Source: Desulfosarcina sp. (GTDB lineage Bacteria; Desulfobacterota; Desulfobacteria; Desulfobacterales; Desulfosarcinaceae). Taken from it: DNA of 41,290 nucleotides. Under the pieces are notes generated by a model that saw nothing but the letters and a program-made list of their open reading frames with translations, was not told the origin of the DNA and did not search any database. The stretch's first letter is position 1; each line of letters opens with the position of its first letter. The translations under genes were made by a program, and so were the position numbers. Where the stretch lies: NCBI GenBank assembly GCA_018224455.1, contig JAGTUY010000273.1:1-41290 (forward strand). The letters are read 5' to 3'. Positions 37,640 through 41,290 of the stretch are shown in pieces.

Positions 37640-38132
37640 ACGGACAGCGGTGAGACGACGCGTTTGGTCCGCAAAAGGACCGATTCTGGCGGGGCTTTTT
37701 TTAATGCTCAACGTCGGTTATTTGGGTTGCGGGGTCAAGGGGCCTCCGGTGCCGCCCAGACAGCCGCCGGTGCCGGCGGTGGCGGATCTGGCATACGCGG
37801 TGACTGACCAAACCGTCACACTGACCTGGCGTCTGCCGGGGGCGCTTTCGGCCAAACAGGCAAAAAATGCGGCATTCGGCGTCTACCGCTCCCGGACAGC
37901 ACTTGGGGAATCGGACTGCGATGGTTGTCCCCTGGCATTTGAAAAAGCGGCATCGGTGCCATATGTTGATACGCAATCCAACCGGTTTTCCATCGACGCC
38001 CCCCTGGAACCCGGTTATCGCTATGTATTCAACGTGCGGCTGGAGACGGACGGCGGTGCCGGACCCGATTCAAACCCCGTGCAGGTCGACCATCTGCCCG
38101 ATATGCCCTCCGGAGTGTTGGAGACCCCATGA
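37632..38132 (+). CDS. Lipoprotein with LppL/LptM-like N-terminal motif and FN3-like beta domain (start uncertain)
   Basis: Basic N-region, hydrophobic core, YLGC lipobox, CGVKGPP, LTW, CxxCP and YRY. Overlaps both the argH stop and the dapF start. Confidence 0.7.
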   Translation: MTERTAVRRRVWSAKGPILAGLFLMLNVGYLGCGVKGPPVPPRQPPVPAVADLAYAVTDQTVTLTWRLPGALSAKQAKNAAFGVYRSRTALGESDCDGCPLAFEKAASVPYVDTQSNRFSIDAPLEPGYRYVFNVRLETDGGAGPDSNPVQVDHLPDMPSGVLETP

Positions 38133-38956
38133 AAACCATTCCCTTTTTAAAAATGAGCGGCAGCGGCAATGATTTTATCATTATCGACAACCGGGAGGCG
38201 GTGGTGCCAGAAGCCCAGCTAACACGTCTGGTCATCGGGGCCTGCCGCCGTAAAATGTCGGTCGGCGCCGACGGCATGATCTTCATCGAACGGTCTGCCA
38301 ACCTCGATTTCAAGTGGCGCTTTTTCAACGCCGACGGCAGCCTGCCGGATATGTGCGGCAACGGCGCCCGTTGTGCGGCCCGTTTTGCCTTCATGCACGG
38401 AATCGCCGATCGGCAGATGGCCTTCGAAACCCTGGCCGGAACGATCGAAGCCACCGTGGGTGACAATACCGTGAAGATCCGCATGACTGAGCCCAGGGAT
38501 CTTAAGACCGGAACCATTTTGGACGTAGAGGGAACACCAACTGCCGTTGGCAGCGTCAACACCGGGGTGCCCCATGTGGTGATGGTCGTGGACGACATCG
38601 AGGCGGCGCCGGTGACCAAAACGGGGCGTCTGATCCGTTATCACCCGAATTTCGCCCCTGGCGGCACCAATGCGAATTTTGTGGCTGTCAAAGAAAACGG
38701 GACGATTTTTATCCGTACCTATGAGCGCGGTGTCGAGGATGAGACCCTGGCCTGCGGAACGGGCAATGTGGCCGCAGCGCTGATACTGGCCCATGAATGG
38801 GGGCTGACATCGCCGGTTACGCTGACAACCCGCAGCGGGGAAAAACTAACGGTTCATTTCAGCACACAAGGCGGCCGCTACCAGGATGTGTTCCTGGAAG
38901 GCGATGCCCGGGTGATCTATCGCGGCGACCTGTGGGAGGAAGCATGGCGGCCGTAG
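38129..38956 (+). CDS. dapF: Diaminopimelate epimerase
   Basis: KM.G.GNDF, GADG, NADGS..MCGNG.RC, GVPH, RTYERGVE.ETLACGTG. Confidence 0.96.
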   Translation: MKTIPFLKMSGSGNDFIIIDNREAVVPEAQLTRLVIGACRRKMSVGADGMIFIERSANLDFKWRFFNADGSLPDMCGNGARCAARFAFMHGIADRQMAFETLAGTIEATVGDNTVKIRMTEPRDLKTGTILDVEGTPTAVGSVNTGVPHVVMVVDDIEAAPVTKTGRLIRYHPNFAPGGTNANFVAVKENGTIFIRTYERGVEDETLACGTGNVAAALILAHEWGLTSPVTLTTRSGEKLTVHFSTQGGRYQDVFLEGDARVIYRGDLWEEAWRP

Positions 38957-39471
38957 AGACGGACCACGTCGTATTCATTTCCGTCGGGTCTAATATGGGC
39001 GGCAAGCTGGACAACTGCCTGAGAGGCATCGCCGCCCTGACCGAATCCGCTGAATCGTCGCTTCTGGCGGCCTCCCGGTTTTTCCGGACATCGCCGGTGG
39101 ACTATGCGGATCAGGAATGGTTCGTCAATGCGGCAGTGAAAATCAGGACAACGATGGCGCCATTGGCGCTGATGGATAAACTGGTTGCCATTCAGCGGCA
39201 GATGGGGCGAAAAGCCGATGCAATCCGGTTCGGTCCGCGGGTGCTGGACCTGGACATCCTGTTATACGACGACTGGATCGTCCGCACCCAGAGGCTGACG
39301 ATTCCCCATCCGCGCATGCACAAAAGGGCTTTTGTCTTGCAGCCCATCTGTGATATAAACCCGTCGGTCGTTCATCCGGAGTTGGGACAAACCGTTGCCG
39401 ATCTGCTATGCCACCTTGACGATGAAAACCAGCGGGTGATTCTATTGGAAAACCAGCCCATACTGCTATAG
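38944..39471 (+). CDS. folK: 2-amino-4-hydroxy-6-hydroxymethyldihydropteridine diphosphokinase
   Basis: SVGSN.G, FVNAAV, FGPRVLDLDIL and IPHPRMHKRAFVL. ATG at 38944 with GGAGG RBS. Confidence 0.94.
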   Translation: MAAVETDHVVFISVGSNMGGKLDNCLRGIAALTESAESSLLAASRFFRTSPVDYADQEWFVNAAVKIRTTMAPLALMDKLVAIQRQMGRKADAIRFGPRVLDLDILLYDDWIVRTQRLTIPHPRMHKRAFVLQPICDINPSVVHPELGQTVADLLCHLDDENQRVILLENQPILL

Positions 39472-39473
39472 GG

Positions 39474-39576
39474 ATAGGGATTAAGACAGTTAATTTGGCA
39501 AGGCAGATGGAGGATGCCGTGGGGTAATGCTTCCACGACCGATAAGGCAGGCCAAATTAATGATCTTAACACCTAT
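39474..39576. mobile_element. 103-bp palindromic MITE/REP-like element
   Basis: 26-bp terminal inverted repeats (39474-39499 with 39551-39576), 21/26 identical, including a perfect TTAATTTGGC/GCCAAATTAA core. Internal hairpin CGTGG..CCACG. Confidence 0.68.
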
Positions 39577-39591
39577 AAAAGGCAGGGTGCC

Positions 39592-39855
39592 GTGAAACTG
39601 ATTCTGCTGATCACTATCGCCTACCTGGCCTACCGGGCTGCCAAATCGTGGGTGAGGCGAAATCTTCAGGCCCCCGGCCAAAACGGATCAAGCCATCCCA
39701 GCATCGATGACGTGATGGTCAAGGATCCCGTGTGTGGCATTTACTTTCCCCAACGGGAAGGGGTGGCGTTAGAACGTGGTGGGCAGACTTTTCTGTTTTG
39801 CTCTGCAGCCTGCCGTGACCGGTTTTTGGATGAACAGAAAGGAATCCGATTATGA
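39592..39855 (+). CDS. Small membrane-anchored YHS/TRASH-domain protein
   Basis: N-terminal [11 protein letters not shown] and [13 protein letters not shown] start. ATGA overlap with the next gene. Confidence 0.8.
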   Translation: MKLILLITIAYLAYRAAKSWVRRNLQAPGQNGSSHPSIDDVMVKDPVCGIYFPQREGVALERGGQTFLFCSAACRDRFLDEQKGIRL

Positions 39856-40496
39856 AATTCTTTATTGATACCGCCAATGTGGATGAAATCAAAGAGGCCC
39901 TGAGCATGGGCATGGTAGACGGGGTGACGACCAACCCGTCGCTGATCGCCAAAGAGGGGCGCGTGTTCGAAGACGTCATCAAGGAGATCAGCGAAATCGT
40001 GGACGGCCCCATCAGTGCCGAGGTGATCAGCCTGGAAGCCGCGGGCATGGTCAAGGAGGCAAGGGAACTGGCCAAAATTCACAGGAATATTGTCATCAAG
40101 GTGCCCATGACCGTGGATGGTCTCAAGGCCACCCGTCAGCTCACCGAAGAGAACATCAAGACCAACGTCACCCTGGTTTTCTCACCACTTCAGGCATTGA
40201 TGGCGGCGAAGGCCGGGGCCACCTATGTAAGCCCCTTCGTCGGTCGGCTGGACGACCTTTCGCAGGACGGCATGCAGCTGGTTGAACAGATCGTTGAGAT
40301 CTTTTCCAATTACGCCTACGATACCGAGATCATCGTGGCCAGCATCCGTAATCCCCTGCATGTGCTGGACGCAGCCTTGGCCGGGGCGGATATCTCAACC
40401 ATCCCATTCAAGGTGTTGAGCAAACTGGCGGCTCACCCGCTGACAGACAAGGGCATCAGCGCCTTTCTGGCCGACTGGGACAAGGCCCAAAAATGA
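39852..40496 (+). CDS. tal: Transaldolase (small MipB/TalC/FSA-like subfamily)
   Basis: [24 protein letters not shown] (Schiff-base Lys), NVTLVFS, SPFVGR and ASIR. Confidence 0.9.
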   Translation: MKFFIDTANVDEIKEALSMGMVDGVTTNPSLIAKEGRVFEDVIKEISEIVDGPISAEVISLEAAGMVKEARELAKIHRNIVIKVPMTVDGLKATRQLTEENIKTNVTLVFSPLQALMAAKAGATYVSPFVGRLDDLSQDGMQLVEQIVEIFSNYAYDTEIIVASIRNPLHVLDAALAGADISTIPFKVLSKLAAHPLTDKGISAFLADWDKAQK

Positions 40497-40557
40497 AGGG
40501 TTCACAAAAAATAACGGTCAACCTTCCCATGATGAATGGACGGTCCATCTAAATCAA

Positions 40558-41121
40558 ATGAAAAACGAGCGGATCAACTCACTTCTCACACACCCCAACA
40601 CCCTGACGCTGTTCAGGATCATCGCGGTGCCGATCATCGTGCTGCTGTTGATGGTTCCCAACCGTTTCACGGCACTGTTGGCCGGACTTATATTCAGCGC
40701 CGCTGCCATCACCGACTATTTTGACGGATACCTGGCGCGCCGATACGGCCTGGTCTCCAACCTGGGCAAGGTCATGGATCCGGTGGCGGACAAACTGCTG
40801 GTCTCCTGCTCGCTGATCATGCTCACCGCACTGGGATGGATGCCTGCCTGGATCGCCTGCATCATTGTCGGCCGGGAGCTGGCCGTCACTGGGCTCAGGA
40901 ATATCATTGCCCAGAATAAAATCGACGTCTCCGCATCCAGTTTGGGCAAATACAAGACCGGTTTCCAGATTGCGGCCATTATCCCCTTGATGTTTCATTT
41001 TCCGGCCTTTGGATTGGACTTTCACGCCGTTGGTATGTTTTTCCTTTGGGGAGCCCTGATATTTACGCTCTGGTCGGGGACGGATTACTTCCTGCGGTTC
41101 AGAAAATTACTTCACGGCTGA
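40558..41121 (+). CDS. pgsA: CDP-diacylglycerol--glycerol-3-phosphate 3-phosphatidyltransferase
   Basis: PNTLTLFR, TDYFDGYLARR....S.LG..MDPVADK and RE....GLR. Confidence 0.95.
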   Translation: MKNERINSLLTHPNTLTLFRIIAVPIIVLLLMVPNRFTALLAGLIFSAAAITDYFDGYLARRYGLVSNLGKVMDPVADKLLVSCSLIMLTALGWMPAWIACIIVGRELAVTGLRNIIAQNKIDVSASSLGKYKTGFQIAAIIPLMFHFPAFGLDFHAVGMFFLWGALIFTLWSGTDYFLRFRKLLHG

Positions 41122-41130
41122 AATTTTATG

Positions 41131-41159
41131 TTGACATTGAAACCATTAATTTATAGAGG
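41131..41159 (+). promoter_or_regulatory. Candidate sigma70 promoter for the tRNA operon
   Basis: TTGACA at 41131-41136, AT-rich spacer, and TATAGA/TAGAGG just upstream of tRNA-Gly. Confidence 0.5.
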
Positions 41160-41174
41160 TACCACTTCACCTGA

Positions 41175-41249
41175 GCGGGAATAACTCAGTGGTAGAGTGC
41201 GACCTTGCCAAGGTCGAAGTCGCGGGTTCAAATCCCGTTTCCCGCTCCA
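41175..41249 (+). tRNA. tRNA-Gly(GCC)
   Basis: Acceptor stem GCGGGAA/TTCCCGC, anticodon arm CGACC-TTGCCAA-GGTCG, T loop GGTTCAAATCC and encoded CCA end. Confidence 0.97.
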
Positions 41250-41263
41250 TTTTTTTTTATACG

Positions 41264-41290
41264 GGCGGCATAGCCAAGTGGTAAGGCAGA
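41264..41290 (+). tRNA. tRNA-Cys, 5' part only (truncated by window end)
   Basis: GGCGGCATAGCCAAGTGGTAAGGCAGA is a typical tRNA-Cys 5' half. The pgsA-Gly-Cys order is as in E. coli pgsA-glyW-cysT. Anticodon not visible. Confidence 0.75.

Overview
GC-rich bacterial chromosomal window. Gene content and order suggest a sulfate-reducing Desulfobacterota (Desulfosarcina/Desulfobacteraceae-like); this is an inference, not a database result. The left ~4.7 kb is an osmolyte-type module: the 3' part of an NAGGN synthetase gene (GNAT + ATP-grasp), the NAGGN-associated M42 peptidase, and a 728-aa KamA-family radical SAM enzyme whose specificity residues match glutamate 2,3-aminomutase rather than lysine 2,3-aminomutase. 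The rest is core housekeeping: cinA-manC; then on the minus strand, in transcription order, rne/rng, yajC-secD-secF-dprA-topA-tex-dtd; then leuS-lptE, rpsT (minus), murJ-ftsB-TPR-coaBC-udg-nfeD-stomatin, HAD-xerC-hslVU-argBD-argGH-lipoprotein-dapF-folK, YHS-tal-pgsA, tRNA-Gly(GCC) and a partial tRNA-Cys. No transposase, prophage or CRISPR array was seen. The unusual signals are mostly intergenic: two palindromic MITE/REP-like elements with a shared architecture (one lies where argF usually sits and supplies the argD stop codon), three stacked degenerate 7/9-bp tandem-repeat tracts at the topA-tex junction, a nested-stem/pseudoknot candidate between yajC and secD, and an orphan gene-tail remnant upstream of the HAD-xerC operon.
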